Shown in pieces: positions 1 to 12,100 of a stretch of 64,000 bases of DNA (positions are counted from its first letter, which is position 1; each line of letters opens with the position of its first letter). Source of the DNA: Heterodontus francisci. Its lineage: Eukaryota. The DNA is taken from the NCBI RefSeq assembly GCF_036365525.1, contig NC_090378.1:124543593-124607592 (forward strand), given 5' to 3'. Made by a program: the position numbers and the translations under genes. Below the pieces are notes generated by a model, which saw only the letters and a program-made list of their open reading frames with translations, had not been told where the DNA came from and made no database searches.

Positions 1-2457
1 GATGTATCTGAGTATACAAACTGGATTGTGAAGTATGATGTATCTGAGTACACAAACTGGATTGTGAAGTGTGATGTACCTGAGTACACAGACTGGATTG
101 TGCAGTGTGATGTATCTGAGTACACAGACTACATTGTGAAGTGTGATGTACCAGAGTCCAGAGACTGGATTGTGAAGTGTGATGTATCTGAGTACACAGA
201 CTGGATTGTGCAGTGTGATGTATCTGAGTACACAGACTGGATTGTGAAGTGTGATGTTCTGAGTACACAGACTGGATTGTGAAGTGTGATGTACCAGAGT
301 ACTGAGACTGCATTGTGAAATGTGTTGTATTTGAGTACACAGACTGGATTGTGAAGTGTCATGTATCTGAGTACACAGACTGGATTGTGAAGTGTGATGT
401 TCTGAGTACACAGACTGGATTGTGAAGTGTGATGTATCTGAGTACACAAACTGGATTGTGCAGTGTGATGTATCTGAGTACACAGACTGGATTGTGAAGT
501 GTGATGTATCTGAGTACACAAACTGGATTGTGCAGTGTGATGTATCTGAGTACACAGACTGGATTGTGAAGTGTGATGTTCTGAGTACACAGACTGGATT
601 GTGAAGTGTGATTACCAGAGTACTGAGACTGCATTGTGAAATGTGTTGTATTTGAGTACACAGACTGGATTGTGAAGTGTCATGTATCTGAGTTCACAGA
701 CTGGATTGTGAAGTGTGATGTATTTGAGTACACAGACTGGATTGTGCAGTGTGATGTATCTGAGTACAGAGACTGGATTGTGAAGTGTGATGTACCTGAG
801 TACACAGACTGGATTGTGAAGTGTGATGTATCTGAGTACACAGACTGGATTGTGAAGTGTGATATACCTGAGTACACAGACTGGATTGTGAAGTGTGATG
901 TACCAGAGTACAGAGACTGGATTGTGAAGTGTGATGTATCTGAGTACACAGACTGGATTGTGAAGTGTGATGTACCAGAGTACAGAGACTGGATTGTGAA
1001 GTGTGATGTACCAGAGTACAGAGACTGGATTGTGAAGTGTGATGTATCTGAGTACACAGACTGGATTGTGAAGTGTGATGTACCAGAGTACAGAGACTGG
1101 ATTGTGAAGTGTGATGTACCAGAGTACAGAGACTGGATTGTGAAGTGTGATATACCTGAGTACACAGACTGGATTGTTAAGTGTGATGTATCTGAGTACA
1201 CAGACTACATTGTGAAGTGTGATGTACCAGAGAACATGGACGGGATTGTGAAGTGTGATGTATCTGAGTACACAGACTGGATTGTTAAGTGTGATGTATC
1301 TGAGTACACAGACTGGATTGTGAAGTGTGATGTATCTGAGTATACAGACTGGATTGTGAAGTGTGATGTACCAGAGTACAGAGACTGGATTGTGAAGTGT
1401 GATGTATCTGAGTACACAGACTGGATTGTGAAGTGTGATGTATCTGAGTATACAGACTGGATTGTGAAGTGTGATGTATCTGAGTACACAGACTGGATTG
1501 TGAAGTGTGATGTACCAGAGTACAGAGACTGGATTGTTAAGTGTGATGTATCTGAGTACACAGACTGGACTGTGAAGTGTGATGTATCTGAGTACACAGA
1601 CTGGATTGTGAAGTGTGATGTACCAGAGTACAGAGACTGGATTGTGAAGTGTGATGTATCTGAGTACACAGACTGGATTGTGAAGTGTGATGTATCTGAG
1701 TACACAGACTGGATTGTGAAGTGTGATGTACCAGAGTACACAGACTGGATTGTGAAGTGTGATGTATCTGAGTACACAGACTGGATTGTGAAGTGTGATG
1801 TATCTGAGTACACAGACTGGATTGTGAAGTGTGATGTACCAGAGTACACAGACTGGATTGTGAAGTGTGATGTACCAGAGTACAGAGACTGGATTGTGAA
1901 GTGTGATGTATGAGTACACAGACTGGATTGTTAAGTGTGATGTATCTGAGTACACAGACTACATTGTGAAGTGTGATGTACCAGAGTACAGAGACTGGAT
2001 TGTGAAGTGTGATGTATCTGAGTACACAGACTGGATTGTGAAGTGTGATGTATCTGAGTACACAGACTGGATTGTGAAGTGTGATGTACCAGAGGACACA
2101 GACTGGATTGCGAAGTGTGATGTACCAGAGGACACAGACTGGATTGCGAAGTGTGATGTACCAGAGGACACAGACTGGATTGTGAAGTGTGATATACCCG
2201 AGTACACAGACTGGATTGTGAAGTGTAATGTACCTGAGTACACAGACTGGATTGTGAAGTGTGATGTACCTGAGTGCACAGACTGGATTGTGAAGTGTGA
2301 TGTACCTGAGTACACAGACTGGATTGTGAAGTGTGATGTACCTGAGTACACAGACTGGATTGTGAAGTGTGATGTATCTGAGTACACAGACTGGATTGTG
2401 AAGTGTGATGTACCCGAGTACACAGACTGGATTGTGAAGTGTGATATACCTGAGTAT
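1..2457. repeat. 36-bp minisatellite, ~68 copies in window, continues past the left edge
   Basis: Unit GATGTATCTGAGTACACAGACTGGATTGTGAAGTGT with variants (GTACCAGAG, CAGAGAC). The 12-aa periodicity of the ORF-track peptides (KCDVSEYTDWIV) confirms the 36-bp period. The array stops abruptly at ...CCTGAGTAT. Confidence 0.97.
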
Positions 2458-3571
2458 TGTCGCAAGAGTTTTTTTTTAAATACTAAGAGGTATGTGTGCC
2501 TTTAAGACTGAGATAAAGGACTTTCTATGAGCAGTGATTGCTGGGACTTCATGTTTGAAGTGTGCAGGCTGTAAAACCTGTATCCAAGCAACAGGACGAT
2601 TTATGACTTGGTTGTTGCAAGGTTTCAGTTTTGGTTTTGCAGTGTGAAACAGAGCAGAGAGCTGGGAGCAGCGAGCAGTGAGCTGGCTGGGACCTGTGAT
2701 TTGTGATAGACCAGAAAAAGACCTCTCCCTGAAAGGAAAGCTTGATTCTCTTGTAAGAAAGTATTCCTACATTTGAGTTGTGGCTGAGTTCTGCCTGGAG
2801 AGACGAAAAGACCCCTGGAGAGCCAAAGACCCAGAGAAAGAAGAGTTGCATCTCTCTGTGTACAAAGGCGCCTTTGCTGGCAGGAAGCCCTGCATTGTTA
2901 AAGGTAGCAAATTCCTATTGTCTCCAGTCTCTGGAAAAGCTCTGCCTGAAGAATGATTCCTGGTGCCTTTTGTATTTTTGGGAGATCCTGGAATCTCATG
3001 AAAATTTTGCTTTTGGACTTCTACTTCAAATTCCAAGTCAACCTGTTGTTACACCCTTTGCTGAAAGATCTATGTGACACCTGCTGCAGACAAATTGTCC
3101 TCAGATGCTGACCCATCACAGACTGTTCAGCAAACTCATCTGGAGAGACTTCAAATGGCACCTGACTATTCGACTCTGGGACAACTCAGCAATCCAGAAA
3201 TATCCTACCAGAACGTGACAACCATTTTTAAAAAATTATTATTCCTAAGAAACTGAAGCAACTCAAATCATCCTTTTGAAACAGGTTAACTATCTTTTTT
3301 ATTATATGTGTATGTATATGAGTGTTCGGAAGAATAAAAAGTTATAAAATCTTTTCATGCATATACATTTATCTCATCATTTAATACTTGGTTTATGAAT
3401 AAATAGTTAATTTTTCTGTTGATTAAAGTAACCTCGTTTTGTGTGCTTTATTCTGGGGGATAAATAAAGTGTTTAATTTGGCTATTCTTTCCAGGAAGTA
3501 GGAAACTTTACTAATATGCTGTGACCTATGGACTGAATTAACAGTGTATTACTCCCACCTTGGTCGTAACA
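2458..3571 (+). mobile_element. Putative 5' LTR of a Gypsy-type LTR retrotransposon
   Basis: Begins TGTCGCAAG exactly where the minisatellite ends and ends ...GGTCGTAACA (TGT...ACA termini). Contains AATAAA motifs in its AT-rich 3' part. Followed by a PBS-like motif and a gag-like start. No second LTR in the window. Confidence 0.6.
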
Positions 3572-3578
3572 TATTAAT

Positions 3579-3587
3579 TGGGGGCTC
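3579..3587 (+). other. Primer-binding-site-like motif (tRNA-Pro type), degenerate
   Basis: TGGGGGCTC matches the first 9 nt of the tRNA-Pro PBS (TGGGGGCTCGTCCGGGAT), 7 nt after the inferred LTR end. The rest is diverged. Confidence 0.55.
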
Positions 3588-3634
3588 TTGCTCTTACAAG
3601 CAGAGTAATAAAGAGTAAAGGCTATACCATCAGA

Positions 3635-4020
3635 ATGGCATTAGCAGTTGCAGCAGATTTTCTGGGAAAGGAGAATGTGTCCCTCAGTGAGTTGACAACT
3701 TTAACAAAGGTTAACTTTTAAGACTAACTTTAAACTAAAAGAGTTGGCAGCATAATTGGGTAAGAATTGAAATCAGGTGCTAAAAAAAGAGACATTGATG
3801 TAATAACCCAACATTTGAAATTGGCAGAAGAAGAGGAAGAAGACAGTAAGCTAGACGGTAATGCAGTGGAATTGGCTAAAATTCAGTTACAGTTGAGGCA
3901 ACTAGAGCTTCAACAGGAAAAAGAAATAGCAGTAACATTGGCATGAGTTAAGCTTGAATTGCAGAGAGAAAGTGAAAAAGAAGCAAGGGAATTCGAATTA
4001 AGAACGGTAGAACTACAAAC
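3635..4020 (+). pseudogene. Degenerate N-terminal gag-like fragment of the LTR element
   Basis: ATG 3635: MALAVAADFLGKENVSLSELTTLTKV, then (frameshift/stops) KLKELAA*LG*ELKSGAKKRDIDVITQHLKLAEEEEEDSKLDGNAVELAKIQLQLRQLELQQEKE...AREFELR. This is the E/K/R-rich coiled-coil N-terminus typical of fish Gypsy gag. Truncated at ~4020. Confidence 0.6.
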
Positions 4021-4140
4021 AGTTGTATGGTAGTACAGAGCCCGAGTATTGCTGAAAATAGAGACATGTTGACGAAGCTTTTTGTTTTGCACTCATCAAG
4101 ACAATCCGTAAGAATACCAATGTAAGGGGAAACAACTACT
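4021..4140 (-). mobile_element. Penelope-like element terminal region, inverted, with degenerate hammerhead ribozyme motif
   Basis: Minus strand reads TTGTTTCCCCTTACATTGGTATTCTTACGGATTGTC-TTGATGAG-TGCAAAA-CAAAA-AGCTTCGTCAACATGTCTCTATTTTCAGCAATACTC. This resembles a Penelope 3' terminal repeat with a mutated CTGATGAG...GAAA core. It abuts a Penelope endonuclease fragment. Confidence 0.55.
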
Positions 4141-4142
4141 TT

Positions 4143-4376
4143 ATGCTGATAGCAACACATGTGGTATTCACCATTAACAGGATGCTTCTGTCAAGCCAAA
4201 AGGACGTCCCGCTTATCACACAAATGACGAATGTGATATATGAATTTCAATGTCTGTGTGATGCTAAAGACTGGCGATTTGTATCAAACAAAATGTTCCT
4301 TCTGCTGTTTGCAATGGGCAAGATACAGGCCATACCTAACCAGCCTGTGCTTGTAAAACTCAAAACACTGTGTCCA
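4143..4376 (+). pseudogene. Penelope-like GIY-YIG endonuclease fragment
   Basis: ATHVVFTINRMLLSSQKDVPLITQMTNVIYEFQCLCDA (NVIY..C.C, first GIY-type motif). After a frameshifting deletion that removes the YxG-x-T motif it reads RLAICIKQNVPSAVCNGQDTGHT*PACACKTQNTVS. Confidence 0.65.
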
Positions 4377-4469
4377 TCATACAGTATAAAGAAGGGCTGC
4401 ACCTCTTAAAGGGAAGATGTACTCATTATACAGAAGGTGTGGAGGATGTGGCAGGATAGAGAAGCAAAC

Positions 4470-4713
4470 CAAATAGAGGAGCAGAGCAGAGAGAGGGCTC
4501 CCAGGTTTCATGATGTGACACGGGAGACATTAATACAGGAGGTGCAAAGGAGGAGAGAATCAATGTTTGCACAAGGGGCCAGGAGGCCCTCAAAGCAAAA
4601 CGCTGAGAAGATAATGGGAGTGGTGACCAAGAAGGTCAATTCCTGGAGTCTGGACCTGAGGACCTGACAGCAGTGTTGCAAGAAGTTCAATGACCTCACA
4701 CGGGTGGTCAAGT
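4470..4713 (+). pseudogene. Myb/SANT-like DNA-binding gene relic, probably from a PIF/Harbinger transposon
   Basis: EQSRERAPRFHDVTRETLIQEVQRRRESMFAQGARRPSKQ...W...VTKKVNSWSLDLRT*QQCCKKFNDLTRVVK shows the R-x-P-R-F...RT(W)xQC(R)KKFNDL Myb/SANT trihelix pattern (NAIF1/MSANTD-like). Disrupted by frameshifts and stops. Confidence 0.7.
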
Positions 4714-5100
4714 TCAGTGAATGTAGATTCACCGGACATCTCCCACATCTCCGCACAGCACCAACCTCTCCCACTGCTCATAGTACCAAACCCCCATCAC
4801 TCACCCAGTACCAATCCCTGGCACTCAGGACTCACTCCAGACAATCAGATACTTCACCTCATCCTCACACTCCCACCAATGCCTCCTGAACATCCTGCCC
4901 CCCCACCCAAGGATCCATGATGTCGCTCCTCTGACCCTCCTCTACCGCTAATGCCTCAAGCATCACATCCATCACCCTGGAACCTTTTCTCCCCTGGCAT
5001 TCAGTTTGAAACCATTTAAGTTACATCAATATTATTCAGTTCAGATTTCCTTTAAAAGGGGCAGCGTGCCTTTTAGAAGAGCAGGCTGGCTGCAAAACAT

Positions 5101-5683
5101 GGGCTGGGATATTATCCAGACAACAGGGCCTTGACCTCCAGCAAAAGACCCACCAAGAACCCCACGTTACCCCTTCTGTGGGAGGCCCGCCAAATAAAGT
5201 TCTAATTAGGCACGTAACTGGACAGCAGTGGGCCTTTCACAGGATCAAGGACCCCGGAAACTGGGCAAGAGGGTCTCGTGAGGTGGTGGGTCTGGGCAGG
5301 AGGGTCTCGCAGGGTGGGGGGTCACAAGTAAGGGGTGTGTAGGGGGGTCAGCATCAAGGGCAGGGGGGCAGCTCTCAGCGGGCCCCCATTCCCGATGCTG
5401 GGTTCCGCGTTCAGGCATGAAGCATCTTTTAACAAGGGACAATCCCCTCCCCAAACGGAGCCAGGAAGCAACTCGCACGGTTTTCCTTGTCATGCTCCCC
5501 ATGTGGCGACAGGCCCCGCCCACAGCTGGGCTAATTGTGGTGGCAGTGGAATGAGGTAATTGGGAATTAATTACCCTCTAAAGGGCCTCAATTGGCGGTG
5601 GTCCCTCCCCCGTCACCATCCCACCCGATGATCGGCTCTCCCACCTCCAAACCCGCCATGGGGGAGGGAATTAAACTCCCCCC
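5101..5683. mobile_element. Non-autonomous TIR element (Harbinger-like MITE), diverged
   Basis: GC-rich ~580-bp segment beginning GGGCTGGGATATTA and ending TTAAACTCCCCCC (imperfect inverted termini). CATG occurs at both boundaries (5098-5101, 5683-5686), compatible with a 3-bp TSD. No coding signal. Confidence 0.4.
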
Positions 5684-6140
5684 ATGGTTTGTGAAAAACA
5701 CGACTGAGACCCCCTGAGGAACACAGAGACTGTCATCAGTGTCTGTAAACAATTTCTAATCATCTTGTTCACATCTTGTTTACACAATTCTGCTTTTTGG
5801 TAAAATATAAAATCTACATCTCAACATTGTCCAACTTTAGCACAGCCTGTCTGTATATATTACTCAGCAGGATATATGTTCACTGAGAAGGAGACCTTTT
5901 TAACTATAATAATGACACATCTCTGATAATCATCTTCATAATTCTTTTATTGTATCTTTCATCCATTCAGTGTTTATTTGCAGAAAGCTCTGGTTTCTGC
6001 TTTGCTGCATGTAGAAACCATTTGTAATGTTTTTGGTGCTGTTCAAAGTTACTTCATCAAACTTACATTTAAAATATTCTGTCATTATTCTAAATGATTT
6101 TAACTGTAACGAGCTCAGATCTGACTCCCAGCAGCTGAAA

Positions 6141-9100
6141 TAGATAGAGGGAGGGATGGAGCTCAGATAGAGGGAGGGATGGAGATCAGATAGAGAGAGG
6201 GATAGAGATCAGATAGAGAGAGGGATAGAGATCAGACAGAGGGAGGGATGGAGCTCAGATAGAGGGAGGGATGGAGATCAGATAGAGAGAGGGATAGAGA
6301 TCAGACAGAGGGAGGGATGGAGCTCAGACGGAGTGAGGGATGGAGATCAGATAGAGGGAGGGATGGAGATCAGATACTGGGAGGGATGGAGCTCAGATGG
6401 AGTGAGGGATGGAGATCAGATAGAGGGAGGAATGGAGATCAGATCGAGGGAGGATGAAGCTCACATAGAGGGAGGGATGGATCTCAGATGGAGTGAGGGA
6501 TGGAGATCAGATAGAGGGAGGGATGGAGCTCAGATAGAGGGAGGGATAGAGCACAGATGGAGGGAGGAATGGATATCAGATAGAGGGAGGATGGATCTCA
6601 GATGGAGGAAGGGATAGAGCTCAGATGGAGGGAGGGATAGAGCTCAGATAGAGGGAGGGATGGAGCTCAGATGGAGTGAGGGATGGAGATCAGATCGAGG
6701 GAGGGATGGAGATCAGATCGAGGGAGGGATGGAGATCAGATAGAGGGAGGAATGGAGATCAGATAGACGGAGGAATGGAGATCAGATAGACGGAGGGATG
6801 GTGATCAGATAGAGGGAGGGATGGAGTTCAGATAGAGGGAGGGATGGTGATCAGATAGAGGGAGGGATGGAGATCAGATAGAGGGAGGGATGGAGATCCG
6901 ATAGAGGGAGGAATGGAGATCAGATAGAGGGAAGGATGGTGATCAGATAGAGGGAGGGATGGTGATCAGATAGAGGGAGGGATGGAGATCAGATAGAGGG
7001 AGGGATGGAGATCAGATAGAGGGAGGGATGGAGATCAGATAGAGGGACGGATGGAATTTAGATAGAGGGAGGGAGAGAGCTCAGATAGAGGGAGGGATGG
7101 AGATCAGATAGAGGGAGGGATGGAGATCAGATAGAGGGAGGGATGGAGATCAGATAGAGGGAGGGATGGAGATCAGATAGAGGGAGGGATGGAGTTTAGA
7201 TAGAGGAAGGGATGGAGATCAGATAGAGGAAGGGATGGAGATCAGATAGAGGGAGGGATGGAGATTAGATAGAGGGAGGGATAGAGCTCAGTTAGAGGGA
7301 GGGATGGAGATCAGATAGAGGGACGGTTGGAGATTAGATAGAGGGAGGGATGGAGATCGGATTGAGGGAGGGATAGAGCTCAGATAGAGGGAGGGATGGA
7401 GATCAGATAGAGGGAGGGATGGAGATTAGATAGAGGGAGGGATAGAGCTCAGATAGAGGGAGGGATAGAGCTCAGATAGAGGGAGGGATAGAGCTCAGAT
7501 AGAGGGAGAGATGGAGATCAGATAGAGGGAGGGATGGAGATTGGATAGAGGGAGGGATAGAGCTCAGATAGAGGGAGGGATGGGGATCAGATAGAGGGAG
7601 GGATGGGGATCTTATAGAGGGAGGCTGGAGATTAGATAGAGGGAGGGATGGAGATCAGATAGAGAGATGGATGGAAATCATATAGAGGGAGGGATGGAGA
7701 TTAGATAGAGAGAGGGATGGAGATCAGATACAGGGAGGGATGGAGATTAGATAGAGGGAGGGATGGAGATCAGATAGAGGGAGGGATGGAGATCAGATAC
7801 AGGGAGGGATGGAGATCAGATAGAGGGAGGGATGGAGATCAGATAGAGGGAGGGATGGAGATTAGATAGAGGGAGGGATGGAGATCAGATAGAGGGAGGG
7901 ATGGAGATCAGATAGAGGGAGGGATGGAGTTTAGATTGAGGAAGGGATGGAGATCCGATAGAGGGAGGGATGGAGATCAGATAGAGGGAGGGGTGGAGAT
8001 TAGATAGAGGGAGGGATAGAGCTCAGATAGAGAGAGGGATGGAGATCAGATAGAGGGAGGGATGGAGATCAGATAGAGGGAGGGATGGAGATCAGATAGA
8101 GGGAGGGATGGAGATCAGATACAGGGAGGGATGGAGATCAGATACAGGGAGGGATGGAGATCAGATAGAGGGAGGGATGGAGATCAGATAGAGGGAGGGA
8201 TGGAGATTAGATAGAGGGAGGGATGGAGTTTGGATAGAGGAAGGGATGGAGATCAGATAGAGGGAGGGATGGAGATCAGATAGAGGGAGGGATGGATATT
8301 AGATAGAGGGAGGGATGGAGATCAGATAGAGGCAGGGATGGAGTTTAGATAGAGGAAGGGATGGAGATCTGATAGAGGGAGGGATGGAGATCTGATAGAG
8401 GGAGGGATGGAGATCAGATAGAGGGAGGGATGGAGATTAGATAGAGGGAGGGATGGAGTTTAGATGGAGGAAGGGATGGAGATCAGATAGAGGGAGGGAT
8501 GGAGATTAGATAGAGGGAGGGATGGAGATCAGATAGAGGAAGGGATGGAGATCAGATAGAGGGAGGGATGGAGATTAGATAGAGGGAGGGATGGAGATCA
8601 GATAGAGGGAGGGATGGAGTTTAGATAGAGGAAGGGATGGAGATCAGATAGAGGGAGGGATGGAGATTAGATAGACGGAGGGATAGAGCTCAGATAGAGG
8701 GAGGGATGGAGATCAGATAGAGGGAGGGATGGAGATCAGATAGAGGGAGGGATGGAGTTTAGATAGAGGAAGGGATGGAGATCCGATAGAGGGAGGGATG
8801 GAGATCAAATAGAGGGAGGGATGGAGATTAGATAGAGGGAGGGATAGAGCTCGGTTAGAGGGAGGGATGGAGATCAGAGAGAGGGACGGTTGGAGATTAG
8901 ATAGAGGGAGGGATGGAGATCGGATAGAGGGAGGGATAGAGCTCAGATAGAGGAAGGGATGGAGATCAGATGGAGGGAGGGATGGAGATTAGATAGAGGG
9001 AGGGATAGAGCTCAGATAGAGGGAGGGATGGAGATCAGATGGAGGGAGGGATGGAGATTTGATAGAGGGAGGGATAGAGCTCAGATAGAGGGAGGGATGG

Positions 9101-12100
9101 AGATCAGATAGAGGGAGGGATGGAGATCAGATAGAGGGAGGGATGGAGATCAGATAGAGGGAGGGATGGAGATTAGATAGAGGGAGGGATAGAGTTTAGA
9201 TAGAGGAAGGGATGGAGATCAGAAAGAGGGAGTGATGTTGATCAGACAGAGGGAGGGATGGAGATTAGATAGAGGGAGGGATGGAGATCAGATAGAGGGG
9301 GGTATGGAGCTCAGATAGAGGGACGGATGGAGATTAGATAGAGGAAGGGATGGAGCTCAGAGAGAGGGATGGATGGAGATCCGATAGAGAGAGGGAGAGA
9401 GATCAGATAAAGGGAGGGATGGATCTCAGATAGAGGGAGGGATAGAGATCAGATAGAAAGAGTGATGTTGATCAGACAGAGGGAGGGATGGAGATTAGAT
9501 AGAGGGAGGGATGGAGATCAGATGGAGGGAGGGATGGAGCTCAGATAGAGGGATGGATGGAGATTAGATAGAGGAAGGGATGGAGCTTAGATGGAGGGAC
9601 GGATGGAGATCAGATAGAGAGAGGGATAGAGATCAGATAAAGGGAGGGATGGAGCTCAGATAGAGGGAGGGATGGATTTCAGATAGAGGGAGGGATGGAT
9701 CACAGACAGAGGGAGGGATGGAGATCCAATAGAGGGAGGAATGGATCACAGATAGAGGGAGGGATGGAGCTCAGATAGCGAGAGGGATACAGATCAGATA
9801 GAGGGAGGGATGCAGCTCAGAACGAGGGAGGGATGGAGCTCCGATGGAGGGAGGGATGGAGCTCAGATAGAGGGAGGGATGGAGCTCAGATAGAGGGAGG
9901 GATGGATTTCAGATAGAGTGAGGGATGGATCACAGATAGAGAGAGGGATGGAGATCCGATAGAGGGAGGGATGGAGATCCGATAGAGGGAGGGATGGAGT
10001 GCAGATAGAGTGAGGGATGGATCACAGATAGAGGGAGGAATGGAGCTCTGATAGAGGAAGGGATGGAGATCAGATAGAGGGAGGGGTGCAGCTCAGAACC
10101 AGGGAGCCATGGAGCTCCGATGGAGGGAGGGATGGAGCTCAGATAGAGTGAGGGATGGATTTCAGATAGAGTGATTGATGGATCACAGATAGAGGGAGGG
10201 ATGGAGATCCCATAGAGGGAGGGATGGATTTCAGATCGAGGGAGGGATGGATCGCAGATAGAGGGAGGGATGGAGATCCGATAGAGGGAGGGATGGTGTT
10301 CAGATAGAGGGAGGGATGGAGATCCGATAGAGGGAGGGATGTAATTCAGATGGAGGGAGGGATGGATTTCAGATAGAGTGAGGGATGGAGATCCGATAGA
10401 GGGAGGGATGGAGTTCAGATAAAGGGAGGGATGGAGCTCAGATAGAGGGAGGGATCGAGCTCAGATAGAGGGAGGGATGGCGTTCAGATAGAGGGAGGGC
10501 TGATCCAGAGTCAGAAGGAGTGATGCAGATCAGATAGAGGGAGGGATAGAATTCATATGGAGGGAGGGGTGGAGCTCGATAGAGAGAGGGATAGAGATCA
10601 GATAGTGGAAGGGACCGAGTTAAGATAGAGGGAGGGTGGGATCTCCGACAGAGGGAGGGATGGAGATCCGTTAGAGGTAGGGATGGAGCTCAGATAGAAA
10701 GAGAAATGGAGATCAGATAGAGAGAATGATGGAGATCAGATAGAGGGAGGGATGGAGATCAGATCGAAGGAGGGATGTGTATCAGATAGAGGGAGGGATG
10801 GATTTCAGATAGAGTGAGGGATGAATCACAGATAGAGGGAGGGATGGAGATCAGATAGAGGGAGGGATGGAGATTAGATAGAGGGAGGGATGGAGTTTAG
10901 ATAGAGGGAGGGATGGAGATCAGATAGAGGGAGGGATGGAGATCAGATAGAGGGAGGGATGGAGATCAGATAGAGGGACGGATGGAGATTAGATAGAGGG
11001 AGGGATAGAGCTCAGATAGAGGGAGGGATGGAGTTTAGATAGAGGGAGGGATGGAGATCAGATAGAGGGAGGGATGGAGATCAGATAGAGGGAGGGATGG
11101 AGATCAGATAGAGGGAGGGATGGAGATCAGATAGAGGGAGGGATAGAGCTCAGATAGAGGGAGGGATGGAGATCAGATAGAGGGAGGGATGGAGATCAGA
11201 TAGAGGGAGGGATGGAGATCAGATAGAGGGAGGGATAGAGCTCAGATAGAGGGAGGGATAGAGCTCAGATAGAGGGAGGGATAGAGCTCAGATAGAGGGA
11301 GGGATGGAGATCAGATAGAGGAAGGAATGGAGATTAGATAGAGGGAGGGATAGAGCTCCGATAGAGGGAGGGATGGAGCTCAGATCGAGGGAGGGATGGA
11401 GATCAGATAGAGGGAGGGATGGAGATCAGATAGAGGGAGTGATGGAGATTAGATAGAGGGAGGGAGGGAGATCAGATAGAGGGAGGGAAGGAGATCAGAT
11501 AGAGGGAGGGATGGAGATCAGATGGAGAAAGGGATGGAGATTAGATAGAGGGAGGGATGGAGATCAGATAGAGGTAGTGATGGAGATCAGATAGAGGGAC
11601 GGATGGAGATTTGATAGAGGGAGGGATAGAGCTCAGATAGAGGGAGGGATAGAGCTCAGATAGAGGGAGGGATGGAGATCAGATGGAGGGAGGGATGGAG
11701 ATCAGATGGAGGGAGGGATGGAGATTAGATAGAGGGAGGGATAGAGTTTAGATAGAGGAAGGGATGGAGATCAGATAGAGAGAGGGATGGAAATTATATA
11801 GAGGGAGGGATGGAGATTAGATAGAGAGAGGGATGGAGATCAGATAGAGGGAGGGATGGAGATTAGATAGAGGGAGGGATAGAGTTTAGATAGAGGAAGG
11901 GATGGAGATCAGATAGAGAGAGGGATGGAAATCATATAGAGGGAGGGATGGAGATCAGATAGAGAGAGGGATGGAGATCAGATAGAGGGAGGGATGGAGA
12001 TCCGAAACAGGGAGGGATGGAGATCCGATACAGGGAGGGATGGAGATCCGATAGAGGGAGGGATGGAGATTAGATAGAGGGAGGGATGGAGATCAGATAG

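Noticed and set aside
1-2457. CRISPR array (36-bp repeat), likewise for the 61-bp array
   Set aside because: Units are head-to-tail with no unique spacers, there are no cas genes, and the context is vertebrate.
1-2457. Cryptic 12-RSS on the minus strand of the 36-mer (CACAATC-12-TCAGATACA)
   Set aside because: Only 5/7 and 5/9 matches with no A-tract, and over 50 kb from the V. This is within chance expectation.
28-2505. Long repetitive ORFs (up to 447 aa) as protein-coding genes
   Set aside because: They are translations of a 36-bp minisatellite. Frames are open on both strands, indels break the frame, and there is no gene context.
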